Part shown: one piece after another, positions 8,693 to 18,540 of the stretch
Position numbering within the stretch: position 1 is the stretch's first letter
How the letters are laid out: every line of letters begins with the position of its first letter
From: Nitrospirota bacterium
GTDB lineage: Bacteria > Nitrospirota > Nitrospiria > 2-01-FULL-66-17
DNA length: 64,000 nucleotides
Direction of reading: 5' to 3'
Assembly (NCBI GenBank): GCA_049325335.1
Contig: JBMOMC010000043.1
Coordinates: 34,202-98,201, forward strand
Notes under the pieces: model-generated
The model's database searches: none
What the model was told of the DNA's origin: nothing
The model's input: only the letters and a program-made list of their open reading frames with translations
Translations under genes and position numbers: made by a program

Positions 8693-11231
8693 CCGTCAGT
8701 GCCTCCACATACGGGGTACGCGCCGCGTGCCGGGCCGGGATCCACCCGGCGATCACGGCCGCGGCCGGCGCGATCGTTGCCGCGACCGCCACCTCGGAAA
8801 ACCGCCACGAGAAAAGAATCGTCCAGCCGAAGGATTGGACGTTCACCACGTCGATCAACACCACGGCCACGCCGAATCCGACCGCCACGCCCAGCGCCGT
8901 GCCCAACAGACCGATCAACGCCGCTTCCCACACGACCACACCGCCAATCTGCACGCGGCTCGCGCCCAGCGCCCGCGTGACGGCGATTTCGCGCCGGCGT
9001 TCCGTCACGATGGCCAGCAGCGCGCCGGCCACGCCGAGCGCCGCGACCGTCATCGCCACCACGTCGAGCGCGCGCGTGATGGCGAACGTCTGATCGAAAA
9101 TATCGAACACTTCGGTCCGCAACCCGCGGTTCGACAAGATCGACACATGATGTCGGGGCGAGAGCGTTGTCTCGATCGCCGCGCGCACGGCATCGGCGTC
9201 CGCCCGCTCGGCCGCGTAGACGGCCAATGCGGTGACGGCCCGGTCGTCCCAGTGTCGAAGCCACAACGAGCGGTCCATGAGCACTCGGCCACCATCGGTC
9301 GCGTAATCATAGAACACTCCGAGCACCGGGAACAGCCCAGGCCCCTCCGCGGTGGCTAGCGTCAGCACATCGCCCGCGCGAACCCCGATCCGGCTCGCGA
9401 ACACTTCGGACACGGCCACGCCTTCGCCATGCGCCATCCGGGTGAGCAGATCGTGCGGATCGCCGTGCACAAAGCGCATCCCGCTGCGCTCGCGCACGAT
9501 TGAGATGTCCCGTGCGGACAGCAGGATCGACCGACCGCGGTAGTCCGCGGGGACCTGCCGGTAGGGGTCCACCGCCGCGACGCCGGGGACCCCGGCGATG
9601 CGTTCGACGATCGTCTCGTCGGCGAACGACGCGGACGGGCCGACTGCGGAGCGCGACGCGGGGCTGACGTATAAATCCGCGGTGATCGTGGCGTTGATCC
9701 ACTGATCCACGGTCCGCCGGAAGCTGCCGACCATCACGACCACGCTGACCGACATGGCCAAGGCGGTCATCAGCGCTCCGGCGGCCACCGCGGTGCGCCC
9801 CGGCGCGGCGCCCAACGTGCCCGCCGCAAGCTGCGCCTCCACCCAACCGGCTCGGCGGGCGAGCGGTCGGACCACGCGCCCCATCCCGACGGTCAACAAG
9901 GGCATGGCGAACGCTCCGGCGAGCACCAAGCAGAACGCCGCACTGTACCCGAAGAAGGGAACCCCGGCGATGGGACCGACGTGGGACATGCCCCACGCTG
10001 CCGCGATCCAGACCGGCGAGAACGCGGCAAACCCGCCCGCCCGTACCCGGCGTCGTCGTTCCAGGGATCCGGGGTGCAGCACCTCGCGCGGCGTGGTGGT
10101 CAACGCTTCCGTGATCGGCGCCACGGAGGCCGCGACCGCGACCACGCCTCCCAGCGCCAACCCTTGGAGTGCGAGGGCCGCGGTGAGGAGGACGGGTTGC
10201 GCGGGCCCCGCCCCGTACAGGGCTTGCGTCGTGGCGGAGACCGCCCCGACCGCGCCCCGCGCCAGCGCCCAGCCGAGGGGCACGCCGAGCGCGCCGCCCG
10301 CGAGCCCGAGCGCCAAGGCTTCCGCCGCCAGCACGCCCAACAGACGTGAACGGCCGACGCCCAACGCGCGCAACAGCCCCACGTCGGCCCGGCGTTGCAA
10401 CAGGGCGTGCGTCATGGTGTTGTAAATGAGAAACAGGCCCACGAGCAGGGCGATGCCGCTCAACGCGGTGAGGTTCACCTGGAACGAACGCACCACCTGT
10501 TCCGCGTGCGCCACCCGGCGGTCGGGTCGCTGCACCGTGTGTCCGGGCGGCAGCGCCTCGGCCAATCGCGCTCGCACCGCGTCGGCCTCATGAGGGGCGG
10601 TCAACACGTCGATCCGATCGAGGCGGCCGACGCGGTCGAACGCCCACTGGCTCGCGGCGATGTCCATGACCGCCACCCCGCCACCCCACGCCCGACCCAA
10701 CGCGTGGTCTGTGATCACGCCCGCAACGGTGAGCGTCACGGACCGGTCGCGGTCCAGGACCGTCAAGGGGGAACCGACGCGGAGATCCCGCGCCGCGGCG
10801 ACACGCTCGGTCAGCAACACGGTCGACGGGTCGAGCAACCAGGAGTCGTCGGCTTCGATGCGCGCGTCGAGGCTATACCCGCGAAACGGCGCTTCGCTCA
10901 GCGGGTCCACGCCCAACACCAGCAACGAGGCGTCATCGTCCAGGGCCACGTGTTGAACGAGCATGGGCGCCGCCGCCAGGACCCCGGGCGTGCGCGCCAC
11001 CGCGTCGAACAGCTCCTCGTCCAGTCCGCCGTCTCCCCCGAGCACTTCCAGGGTGGCGCGTCCGCTGACGGCCTCGACCGTGTCCCGAAACGACGCATCC
11101 ACACTCGTGTTGCAGAGGCGGATCGCCACGTATAACGCCACGCCCAGCGCCAGCCCGGCCACGGTCAACGCGGTGCGGAGTTTCGCGCGTTGAAGATGCC
11201 GTAGGGTGGTGAAGCGAATGAGCGGGATCAT
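8685..11231 (-). CDS. ABC transporter permease, FtsX/MacB-like with duplicated periplasmic core (AttF/G-like)
   Basis: Two halves, each with R..E/D.G/A..RALG motifs and MacB-type periplasmic loops. Overlaps both neighbours. Confidence 0.88.
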   Translation of the reverse strand: MIPLIRFTTLRHLQRAKLRTALTVAGLALGVALYVAIRLCNTSVDASFRDTVEAVSGRATLEVLGGDGGLDEELFDAVARTPGVLAAAPMLVQHVALDDDASLLVLGVDPLSEAPFRGYSLDARIEADDSWLLDPSTVLLTERVAAARDLRVGSPLTVLDRDRSVTLTVAGVITDHALGRAWGGGVAVMDIAASQWAFDRVGRLDRIDVLTAPHEADAVRARLAEALPPGHTVQRPDRRVAHAEQVVRSFQVNLTALSGIALLVGLFLIYNTMTHALLQRRADVGLLRALGVGRSRLLGVLAAEALALGLAGGALGVPLGWALARGAVGAVSATTQALYGAGPAQPVLLTAALALQGLALGGVVAVAASVAPITEALTTTPREVLHPGSLERRRRVRAGGFAAFSPVWIAAAWGMSHVGPIAGVPFFGYSAAFCLVLAGAFAMPLLTVGMGRVVRPLARRAGWVEAQLAAGTLGAAPGRTAVAAGALMTALAMSVSVVVMVGSFRRTVDQWINATITADLYVSPASRSAVGPSASFADETIVERIAGVPGVAAVDPYRQVPADYRGRSILLSARDISIVRERSGMRFVHGDPHDLLTRMAHGEGVAVSEVFASRIGVRAGDVLTLATAEGPGLFPVLGVFYDYATDGGRVLMDRSLWLRHWDDRAVTALAVYAAERADADAVRAAIETTLSPRHHVSILSNRGLRTEVFDIFDQTFAITRALDVVAMTVAALGVAGALLAIVTERRREIAVTRALGASRVQIGGVVVWEAALIGLLGTALGVAVGFGVAVVLIDVVNVQSFGWTILFSWRFSEVAVAATIAPAAAVIAGWIPARHAARTPYVEALTDE

Positions 11232-11893
11232 GCCTCGATTGCGCCGTCCTTGATACGCGTGACGCGGTGACCGACCTTGGCCGCGTCGGGGTCGTGGGTT
11301 ACCAACACGGCGGTGACGCCCGCGGCCTCGGTCAACCCCGCGATCAGGTCGAGGATCTCCCGTCCACGCGCGGAATCGAGATTGCCGGTGGGTTCATCGG
11401 CCAAGAACAGACGCGGACGGGTGATCAACGCCCGCGCGATGGCGGTGCGCTGCGCTTCCCCGCCGGAGAGCTCGTGGGGCCAATGGTCGGCCCGGTCCGC
11501 CAGGCCGACCGCCGCGAGCCACTCGTCGGTCTCCGCGCGGACGCGGCGCGCGGGCGCGCGTTGCAGCAGTCGCGGCAGCGCCACGTTTTCGCGCACCGTC
11601 AGGTACGGCAAGAGGTGAAAGGACTGGAACACCAGCCCGATGTCGTCGCGGCGAAGGCGCGTGAGTTCCGCGTCCGAACTGGCCGCGGTGGACCGCCCGT
11701 CGAGCCACACCGCGCCGTCCGTGGGCAGATCCAACGTCGCGATCAGGTGCAGCAACGTGCTTTTACCGGATCCGCTCGGGCCCATGACCACGTGAAATTC
11801 TCCGGGCGGGATGTGAAGCGTCACGTTGCGCAGGGCCCACACGTGTTGCGCTCCCCGCGAGTAGACTTTGCTGACGCGCTCCAATCGGACCAC
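11228..11893 (-). CDS. ABC transporter ATP-binding protein (LolD/MacB type)
   Basis: GPSGSGKST, LSGGEAQR, LADEPTGNLD, VTHD. Confidence 0.95.
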   Translation of the reverse strand: MVRLERVSKVYSRGAQHVWALRNVTLHIPPGEFHVVMGPSGSGKSTLLHLIATLDLPTDGAVWLDGRSTAASSDAELTRLRRDDIGLVFQSFHLLPYLTVRENVALPRLLQRAPARRVRAETDEWLAAVGLADRADHWPHELSGGEAQRTAIARALITRPRLFLADEPTGNLDSARGREILDLIAGLTEAAGVTAVLVTHDPDAAKVGHRVTRIKDGAIEA

Positions 11894-11935
11894 GCGAGCA
11901 GAATACGGAAGATGCCGCGCCGAGGCAAGTCGCGA

Positions 11936-12685
11936 TTACGGCGACAGGGAAGCGTACGACGTGAGGGCGCGGGCCGCGTCCCGATCCAGCAGCCAGCGGC
12001 AGGCTCCTGCTCGAGGCATCACCGCCTGCGCGGGCCATCGTGCCTCGTCCCGGTGTTCGCCCAACGTGGCGGCGACCGCGTCGGCTTTGGAGGCCCCGGA
12101 CACCAAAAACACCATCAGTCGCGCGTGGGCAAACGCCGGGATCGTGAGCGTCACCCGATCCGGAACCGGCCGACCCACGCGCGTGGTGGTCACCCACGCG
12201 GCGCGCTCGGCGAGCGCGGAATCGTGGGGAAACAGTGAGGCGGTGTGCCCGTCGGCGCCGAGGCCCATCAAGACCACGTCGAACGCGGGCCAGGTCGCAC
12301 CGGGGAAGTACGCGCGCAGCGCGGCCTCATAGGCCCGGGCGCCGGCGGGGGGAGCTCGTTCCTCGGTCGGCACGGCCAGGATTTGGCGGCGAGGGATCGG
12401 CGTGTTCGCGAACAGGGCGTCCTGGACCAGGGCCCGGTTGCTCCGCGAGTCCGTACACGGCACCCACCGCTCGTCTCCGAAACACCACCAGGTGTGCTCC
12501 CACGCGATGCCTCCGGCATGGGCGGCCAACCGCTCGTACACGGCGCGCGGGGTTCTGCCGCCGGCCAACACGACCCACGCCCGACCGCGGGCCGCGACCG
12601 CGGTCGCGATTTCGCGGGCAAGAATTTCGCATCCGGCGGCGGCGGCGCGCGCGGCGTCTGGATACACCTGGACGATCGGGGGCAT
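11936..12685 (-). CDS. pgl: 6-phosphogluconolactonase
   Basis: LAGGRTP, FGDERWVP...SN, GLGADGHTASLFP, RVTLT. Confidence 0.93.
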   Translation of the reverse strand: MPPIVQVYPDAARAAAAGCEILAREIATAVAARGRAWVVLAGGRTPRAVYERLAAHAGGIAWEHTWWCFGDERWVPCTDSRSNRALVQDALFANTPIPRRQILAVPTEERAPPAGARAYEAALRAYFPGATWPAFDVVLMGLGADGHTASLFPHDSALAERAAWVTTTRVGRPVPDRVTLTIPAFAHARLMVFLVSGASKADAVAATLGEHRDEARWPAQAVMPRAGACRWLLDRDAARALTSYASLSP

Positions 12686-12756
12686 GGTCCTCCGTGCAAG
12701 ACACGATACTACGCATCGTAGCCGATTCCCGGCGCGGCAACAAGCCGCGGGTTCGG

Positions 12757-12785
12757 TTGCGTTCGGGGAGACCCGGTCCTATACT
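12757..12785 (+). promoter_or_regulatory. sigma70-type promoter
   Basis: TTGCGT-N17-TATACT. Confidence 0.55.
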
Positions 12786-12820
12786 GTCGTACGATTGCCG
12801 TTGCCTTCCAGGGAGTCGCC

Positions 12821-12928
12821 ATGCCGCCGTATGCCGCCGGTATCCATACGGGCGTGAACCGGGTGCCGACGCGAGTTGCGCGGGTCATCCGCGCGCCCGG
12901 GGTGTCGCGCGTGCGACCACTCGTATGA
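12821..12928 (+). CDS. putative 35-aa leader ORF coupled to the downstream kinase
   Basis: AGGGAG SD 5 nt before ATG 12821. Reads MPPYAAGIHTGVNRVPTRVARVIRAPGVSRVRPLV. Its TGA overlaps the kinase ATG (ATGA). Confidence 0.4.
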   Translation: MPPYAAGIHTGVNRVPTRVARVIRAPGVSRVRPLV

Positions 12929-15219
12929 CACGGTTACCGCTTCGCTGGCGGGTCCCCCTGCTGTTGATGGGGTTCGCGGCCACCATTGCTCTGGTCACGC
13001 TGCAGTGGGATGCGCGCTCCGCGGATCGCGCGGTTGAACGCGACGCGCGCATGCTGATGACCCAGCACATGACGCGGCTTCAGGGAACCGTGGAGTACCT
13101 CGTGAGCCGCGGCGACGTGACCCGCGTTCAGGCCGAAGTCGCCGCGTTCGGATCGGACCCGCGGCTCAGCGCCGTGTTCGTCATGGATGAACAGGGTCGG
13201 GTCCTTGCGGCCACCGACCTGGGGATGGTGGGTGAACGGGTCGATCCGGACGGAGTTCCCCGCGAGGTCATCGAACGCGTTACCCGCACGTTGGCCGGCG
13301 AAGTGTCGATTTCCGCCGCGGGACGGGACATCATCGGGGTCTACCCGGTGGTGTTGGGCGTTCGGCCTGACGAGTTGCGGGGGGCGAACATCGGGATCGC
13401 CGTCATGCGCGGCGATCTCGTCGGACTCAAAACGCAAGCCCGACGAGCCGTCGAACGCCACGTGATCGAGTTCGGCGCGTTCGTGGCGGGCATGTCCGTG
13501 CTTGTGTGGGGATTGTTCCATCTGGTGTTGACGCGTCGGATCAATCGACTCATCGCGGCCGCCGGCCGCTTGGCCGGCGGCGATCTGACCGCGCGAGCCG
13601 GTCTCACGGGTCGAGACGAAGTGGCGGCGGCCGGGCGCGCGTTCGATCGCATGGCGGAGGACTTGGCGGCGAGCCGCGCGAATCTGCAAGCCAGCGAGGC
13701 GCGGTTTCGTCGCATCGCCGAATCCAACATGTTGGGGATCTACTTTTGGGAGACGGGCGGCCGCGTCACCGAAGCCAACGACGCGTTCCTGTCGTTGGTG
13801 GGCTACGGCCGCGAAGACGTCGCCGCGGGTGCGTTGCGTTGGACCGACATCACGCCGCCGGAACACGCGCCCCTGGACGAGCGGGCGTTGGAGGAGCTGC
13901 GCGCGAACGGCGTCTGCGCGTCGTACCCGAAAACGTTCGTGCGCAAGAACGGCGCCCGGGTTCCGGTCTTGATCGGCCAGGCGTTGCTCGAAGGGAGTCA
14001 AGATACTGGCGTGGGATTCGTGCTCGACCTCACGGAACGGGAGCGGATGGACGCCGCGCTACAAGAGCGCGAACAACAACTGCGTCAGGCGCAGAAAATG
14101 GAGGCGGTGGGCCGGTTGGCGGGTAGCGTGGCGCATGATTTCAACAATCTGCTGACCGTGATCCTGGGCCACGGCGAGTTGCTGCGCGCCGGCCTCAGGC
14201 CCGATGACCCGAATCGCCGCGACGTGGATCGTCTCGTGGAGACCGCGCAGCGCGCCGCCGCGTTGACGCGTCAACTCTTGTCCTTCGGCCGGCGCCAAGT
14301 CGTGGCGCAACGAGTGCTCGATCTCAACGCCGTCGTGCGCGGAACCGAACACATGCTGCGGCGATTGATCGGCGAGCACATCGAGATCCGCGTCGCGCTG
14401 GCGCCCACGCCCATGTGGGTCAAGGCGGACCCGGGGCAGCTCGAGCAAGTGATCATGAACCTGGCCGTGAACGCCCGCGACGCCATGCCGCAGGGCGGTC
14501 TCCTGACCATCGAAACCGCCGAGGCCGACGACCCCGTCCAACAGGGCGTGGCACCGGCCGTGATGCTGGCGGTTCGCGACACCGGGTGCGGCATGGACGA
14601 CAAGACGCAGACGCGTCTGTTCGAGCCGTTTTTCACCACCAAGGCGTTGGGCCACGGCACGGGGCTGGGGCTCTCAACGGTGTACAGCATCGTGGAACAA
14701 AGCCGCGGAAGCATTCGTGTGCATAGCGAGCCCGGGCGGGGGACCACGATGCGGGTATGTTTCCCTCGGGCCGACGGCGCCGCGGCGCCAGCCCCCGAGC
14801 TGAGCCCGGTCGCGACGGAGGGATCCTCCGCGCGCGAAACCGTGTTGCTGGCCGAAGACGATGAGGCCATTCGCGATCTGATGGTCAACGCGTTGCGGCG
14901 CGGCGGGTATACCGTCATTAGCGCCGGCAACGCCCGCGAGGCCTTGCAACTGGCCGAACAACATCCGGGTCCGATCCATCTGCTGATCACCGACGTGATC
15001 ATGCCCCAGATGACCGGCGCGCAACTCGCGCGGCGGATCACCCACGCCCGACCCGCGACCCGCGTCTTGTATGTGTCGGGGTACACCGACAACGCAGTGC
15101 TGTCCAGCGGGACGGACGGCGACCCCAATTTTCTGCAGAAGCCGTTCACGCCCAGCGTGTTCGAGCGCCGGGTGCGTGAAGTCCTCAAGGCCGCCGGTCT
15201 GCGGCCCGCCGCAAATTGA
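12925..15219 (+). CDS. hybrid sensor histidine kinase/response regulator (2 TM, HAMP, PAS, HisKA, HATPase, REC)
   Basis: HAMP (GDLTAR...DEV), PAS, H-box VAHDFNNLL, NLAVNARDAM, DTGCGM, FFTTK, GTGLGL, REC LLITDVIMP...LQKPF. The N-terminal extension in the ORF track is spurious. Confidence 0.93.
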   Translation: MTRLPLRWRVPLLLMGFAATIALVTLQWDARSADRAVERDARMLMTQHMTRLQGTVEYLVSRGDVTRVQAEVAAFGSDPRLSAVFVMDEQGRVLAATDLGMVGERVDPDGVPREVIERVTRTLAGEVSISAAGRDIIGVYPVVLGVRPDELRGANIGIAVMRGDLVGLKTQARRAVERHVIEFGAFVAGMSVLVWGLFHLVLTRRINRLIAAAGRLAGGDLTARAGLTGRDEVAAAGRAFDRMAEDLAASRANLQASEARFRRIAESNMLGIYFWETGGRVTEANDAFLSLVGYGREDVAAGALRWTDITPPEHAPLDERALEELRANGVCASYPKTFVRKNGARVPVLIGQALLEGSQDTGVGFVLDLTERERMDAALQEREQQLRQAQKMEAVGRLAGSVAHDFNNLLTVILGHGELLRAGLRPDDPNRRDVDRLVETAQRAAALTRQLLSFGRRQVVAQRVLDLNAVVRGTEHMLRRLIGEHIEIRVALAPTPMWVKADPGQLEQVIMNLAVNARDAMPQGGLLTIETAEADDPVQQGVAPAVMLAVRDTGCGMDDKTQTRLFEPFFTTKALGHGTGLGLSTVYSIVEQSRGSIRVHSEPGRGTTMRVCFPRADGAAAPAPELSPVATEGSSARETVLLAEDDEAIRDLMVNALRRGGYTVISAGNAREALQLAEQHPGPIHLLITDVIMPQMTGAQLARRITHARPATRVLYVSGYTDNAVLSSGTDGDPNFLQKPFTPSVFERRVREVLKAAGLRPAAN

Positions 15220-15307
15220 CTCGCCGCGCTCCATTTTGCTACCTTCACCCGGTCGTGGCGCGCCTCAACGGTTCGCGCGTCCGCGCACCATCCAACAAGG
15301 AGCCTTC

Positions 15308-17173
15308 ATGAGTCTCACCGCCACCACGATGTCCCCTTTGGCCTCGACCTTGCGCCACAAAGCCGCCGTCTTGCGCATCGACAGCGTGCGCGCCACCAGC
15401 GAAGCGGGCAGCGGGCACCCATCGAGTTGTTGTTCCGCGGCGGACATCGTGGCCGCCTTGTTTTTCTCCGTGATGCGGTACGACCCGAAAGATCCGCGTC
15501 GGCCCGGCAGCGACCGATTCGTCTTGTCCAAGGGCCATGCCGCGCCGCTCTTATACGCGGCCTGGGCCGAGGCCGGGCTGTTCAACAAGGCTGACTTGTT
15601 GAAGCTGCGCACGTTGACGTCGGATTTGGAGGGGCACCCGACCCCGCGCCTGTCGTTTGCCGATACGGCGACGGGGTCCCTGGGACAGGGGTTGTCCGCG
15701 GGCGTGGGCATGGCCGTGGCCGCCAAACGCCTCCAACGTTCGGCCGCGCGCGTGTACGTCTTGATGGGAGACGGCGAATCGGTCGAAGGCTCGGTGTGGG
15801 AGGCGGCCGAGATCGCCCGTCACGAGCGCCTCGACAACCTCTGTGCGATCGTGGACGTGAACCGGTTGGGCCAAAGCGACCCCACCATGCTCCAACACGA
15901 CATGGAAGGTTATCGCGCGCGCTGGTCCGGATTCGGGTGGAACGCGATCGTCGTGGACGGGCACGACGTGGAGGCCGTGGTGTCGGCGTTCGCCGCGGCC
16001 GCGGCCGCCACCGGCCGCCCCACCGTGCTCTTGGCGCGGACGCTCAAAGGCAAGGGAATTTCATTCGTTGAAGATCGTCCCGACTGGCACGGCAAGGCGC
16101 TCAAGAAGGGCGATGAACTGGACCGCGCGGTGGCGGAGCTCTCCAAGGGACTCGATCCGTCCGCGCCGTCGCCCACGATCGTCCGTCCGTCGCCGCCCGC
16201 CGCCCAGCCGGGCGCGGGCAAGAGCATGGCGCCTCCGACGTACACGCCGTCCGATTCGGTGGCGACGCGCGAGGCCTTCGGCCATGCGTTGGCGGCGCTC
16301 GGCGAGGCCAATCCGCTGGTGGTAGGGTTGGACGCGGACGTGAAGAACTCCACGTTTACCGACGCGTTCGGGAAACGGTTTCCCGAACGTTTTTTGGAAA
16401 ACTACATCGCGGAACAAAATATGGTCGGCGCCGCGGTGGGACTGGCCGCGAGCGGGTACATCCCGTTTTCCGCCACGTTCGCCTGTTTTCTCACTCGTGC
16501 GTACGACTTCATTCGGATGGCCGCCATCAGCGGCGCCAACATCAAACTGGTCGGCACGCACGCTGGGGTGAGCATCGGCGAAGACGGTCCCTCCCAGATG
16601 GGGCTCGAAGATTTGGCGATGATGGCGGCCCAGCCGGGCGCGGTGGTGGTGTACCCCTCCGACGCGTTCGCCGCCTACCGCCTGGTGGAGGCGGCCGCGG
16701 CGCACCGCGGGTTGGTGTACATTCGCACCGGGCGGCCCAAATGCCCGATTCTGTATGGACCGGGCGAGCGGTTCCCGATCGGCGGGTCCAAGGTGGTTCG
16801 TCGGAGCGCCAACGACCGGCTGACCGTCGTGGGGGCCGGCATCACCCTATTCGAGGCGCTCAAGGCACACGGGCAGTTGGAAGCCGCCGGCATCCCGGTG
16901 CGCGTCATCGACCTGTACAGCATCGCGCCGGTTGACCGCGAAACGCTCTTGGCGTCGGCGCGCGCGACCGGCAACCGGATCCTCACGGTCGAGGACCATT
17001 ACCCGCACGGTGGGGTGGGCGACGCGGTGCTGGCGGCCGTGGGCGAGGACGGGGTGCGGGTGCATAAACTCGCGGTGCGGGAGATTCCGCACAGCGGCAA
17101 ACCCGACGAGTTGGTGGATCGTTACGGGATCAGCGCCCGCGCGATTGTCGAGGCCGTGAAGCGACTTCTCTAA
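15308..17173 (+). CDS. tkt: transketolase (single-chain)
   Basis: SGHPSSCCS, DRFVLSKGHAAP, LEGHPTP, TGSLGQG, GDGE...N TPP motif, IAEQNM, GEDGPSQM. AAGGAG SD. Confidence 0.95.
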   Translation: MSLTATTMSPLASTLRHKAAVLRIDSVRATSEAGSGHPSSCCSAADIVAALFFSVMRYDPKDPRRPGSDRFVLSKGHAAPLLYAAWAEAGLFNKADLLKLRTLTSDLEGHPTPRLSFADTATGSLGQGLSAGVGMAVAAKRLQRSAARVYVLMGDGESVEGSVWEAAEIARHERLDNLCAIVDVNRLGQSDPTMLQHDMEGYRARWSGFGWNAIVVDGHDVEAVVSAFAAAAAATGRPTVLLARTLKGKGISFVEDRPDWHGKALKKGDELDRAVAELSKGLDPSAPSPTIVRPSPPAAQPGAGKSMAPPTYTPSDSVATREAFGHALAALGEANPLVVGLDADVKNSTFTDAFGKRFPERFLENYIAEQNMVGAAVGLAASGYIPFSATFACFLTRAYDFIRMAAISGANIKLVGTHAGVSIGEDGPSQMGLEDLAMMAAQPGAVVVYPSDAFAAYRLVEAAAAHRGLVYIRTGRPKCPILYGPGERFPIGGSKVVRRSANDRLTVVGAGITLFEALKAHGQLEAAGIPVRVIDLYSIAPVDRETLLASARATGNRILTVEDHYPHGGVGDAVLAAVGEDGVRVHKLAVREIPHSGKPDELVDRYGISARAIVEAVKRLL

Positions 17174-17178
17174 ATACG

Positions 17179-17208
17179 CGGCGGGGCGCTCCAAGGAGCG
17201 CCCCGCCG
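17179..17208. terminator. hairpin between convergent genes (probable bidirectional terminator)
   Basis: CGGCGGGGCGCTCC-aa-GGAGCGCCCCGCCG. Confidence 0.65.
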
Positions 17209-17235
17209 AGACAGACCGTCAGCCGTACGCGGACG

Positions 17236-17856
17236 TTAGTCTTCGTCGCTGCCGTGGTCGTAGCCGTACCCGCCTTTGCCGGGTCCGCCTTTGCCGTACC
17301 CGCCGTGCCCGCTCGATCCGCCCATCATCCCCATACCCATGCCGCCCATGCCGTATCGGCCGCCGCCGAACATCATCATGCCCATGGAACGGAACTTTTC
17401 GAACTGCTCCGGGGTGAGGATCGTCTTAATGGTCACGACGTGTTTAAACCGAAACACCCGCAGGTCGGTTTTTTTGGCTTCCACCTCGCGAACCTTTTTT
17501 TCGACTTGATCGCCGGTCACGTCCTTTTTATCGAACAGATCCCAGAGGTCCATTTCCGCGATCTTGATTTCCGCGCCGCGCCGAATTTGCTCGCGTTCGT
17601 ATTCGTTGCGAAGTTTTTTGAACTTCTCGATCTGCTCGTCGGAGAGTTTGAGCTCGTCCTTCATAAACGACGGCGAAAACATCATGCCGGGATGGCCGCC
17701 GCCCGGTCCGGGTCCCCCGCTCTTGCCCATTCCCATGCCCATGCCGCCGCCCATGGGGGGGTGCCCGGGCGGTTGCGCCAGACCATTCACCGTCAACCCG
17801 AACGACACGACCCCGGCGATCACGCCGGCGATGACTGCCTTATGCAACCCGTTCAT
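17236..17856 (-). CDS. Spy/CpxP/ZraP-like periplasmic protein with Gly/Met-rich termini
   Basis: Signal peptide, ELKLSDEQ and ILTPEQ (LTXXQ-type) motifs, AAAGGAG SD. Confidence 0.8.
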   Translation of the reverse strand: MNGLHKAVIAGVIAGVVSFGLTVNGLAQPPGHPPMGGGMGMGMGKSGGPGPGGGHPGMMFSPSFMKDELKLSDEQIEKFKKLRNEYEREQIRRGAEIKIAEMDLWDLFDKKDVTGDQVEKKVREVEAKKTDLRVFRFKHVVTIKTILTPEQFEKFRSMGMMMFGGGRYGMGGMGMGMMGGSSGHGGYGKGGPGKGGYGYDHGSDED

Positions 17857-17902
17857 GCGCTGACTCCTTTCGTGGATGGAAGGTCCGCTTCCCTGGTGCG
17901 TC

Positions 17903-18463
17903 TTAAAATTCAATCCCTTTTTGGGCTTTCACGCCTTGCTCGAACGCGTGTTTCACCGCGCGCATCTCCGTGACCGTGTCCGCGATCGCGATGAGTTCCT
18001 TGGGCGCGTCGCGGCCCGTGAGGACCACGTGAACGGCATCCGGTTTGTCGGCGAGGGCCGCCGTGACCTCATTGAGCGGCAGATACCCGTAAGCCAAGGC
18101 GTAGTTGATTTCGTCAAAAATCACCAAGCGGTATTCGCCGGACCGCACGGCTGCGATCCCGGCGTCCCAACATTCGCGCGCCTTGGCCGCGTCGCGTTCC
18201 GGGTTCTTGGTATCCCACGTAAACCCCTCACCCATGGGGCGAATCGTGAGTTCCGGAGCGAGGCGCTTCGCGGCCTCCAACTCGCCGTAGCGCCAACTGC
18301 CTTTGATGAATTGCACCACCAACACACGCCATCCGTGACCCACCCCGCGGAGCGCCAACCCCAACGCGGCCGTGGTTTTGCCCTTGCCGTCGCCGGTGTG
18401 GACGATGAGGAGGCCTTTGCGATGGGTGCCGTCGAGTCGCGGTGGTGTTTGGGGGCCGGCCAT
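17903..18463 (-). CDS. cobO: cob(I)yrinic acid a,c-diamide adenosyltransferase
   Basis: HTGDGKGKTTAALG, QFIKG, GEGFTW, FDEIN, LTGRDA, KHAF..G..AQKGIEF. Confidence 0.95.
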   Translation of the reverse strand: MAGPQTPPRLDGTHRKGLLIVHTGDGKGKTTAALGLALRGVGHGWRVLVVQFIKGSWRYGELEAAKRLAPELTIRPMGEGFTWDTKNPERDAAKARECWDAGIAAVRSGEYRLVIFDEINYALAYGYLPLNEVTAALADKPDAVHVVLTGRDAPKELIAIADTVTEMRAVKHAFEQGVKAQKGIEF

Positions 18464-18540
18464 CAGTGTCCTCGAACGGGGCGAGTATAACAAAGATCCG
18501 ATGGAGCCGCTACGAAGCGGCGCGGGGAGCTGTCCGCGGA

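Noticed and set aside
12235..12924. Long N-terminal extensions in the ORF track (also on 43821, 22420, 23414, 43517, 45395 and 51256)
   Set aside because: They overlap genuine neighbouring genes. Better starts are supported by SD sites or stop/start overlaps.
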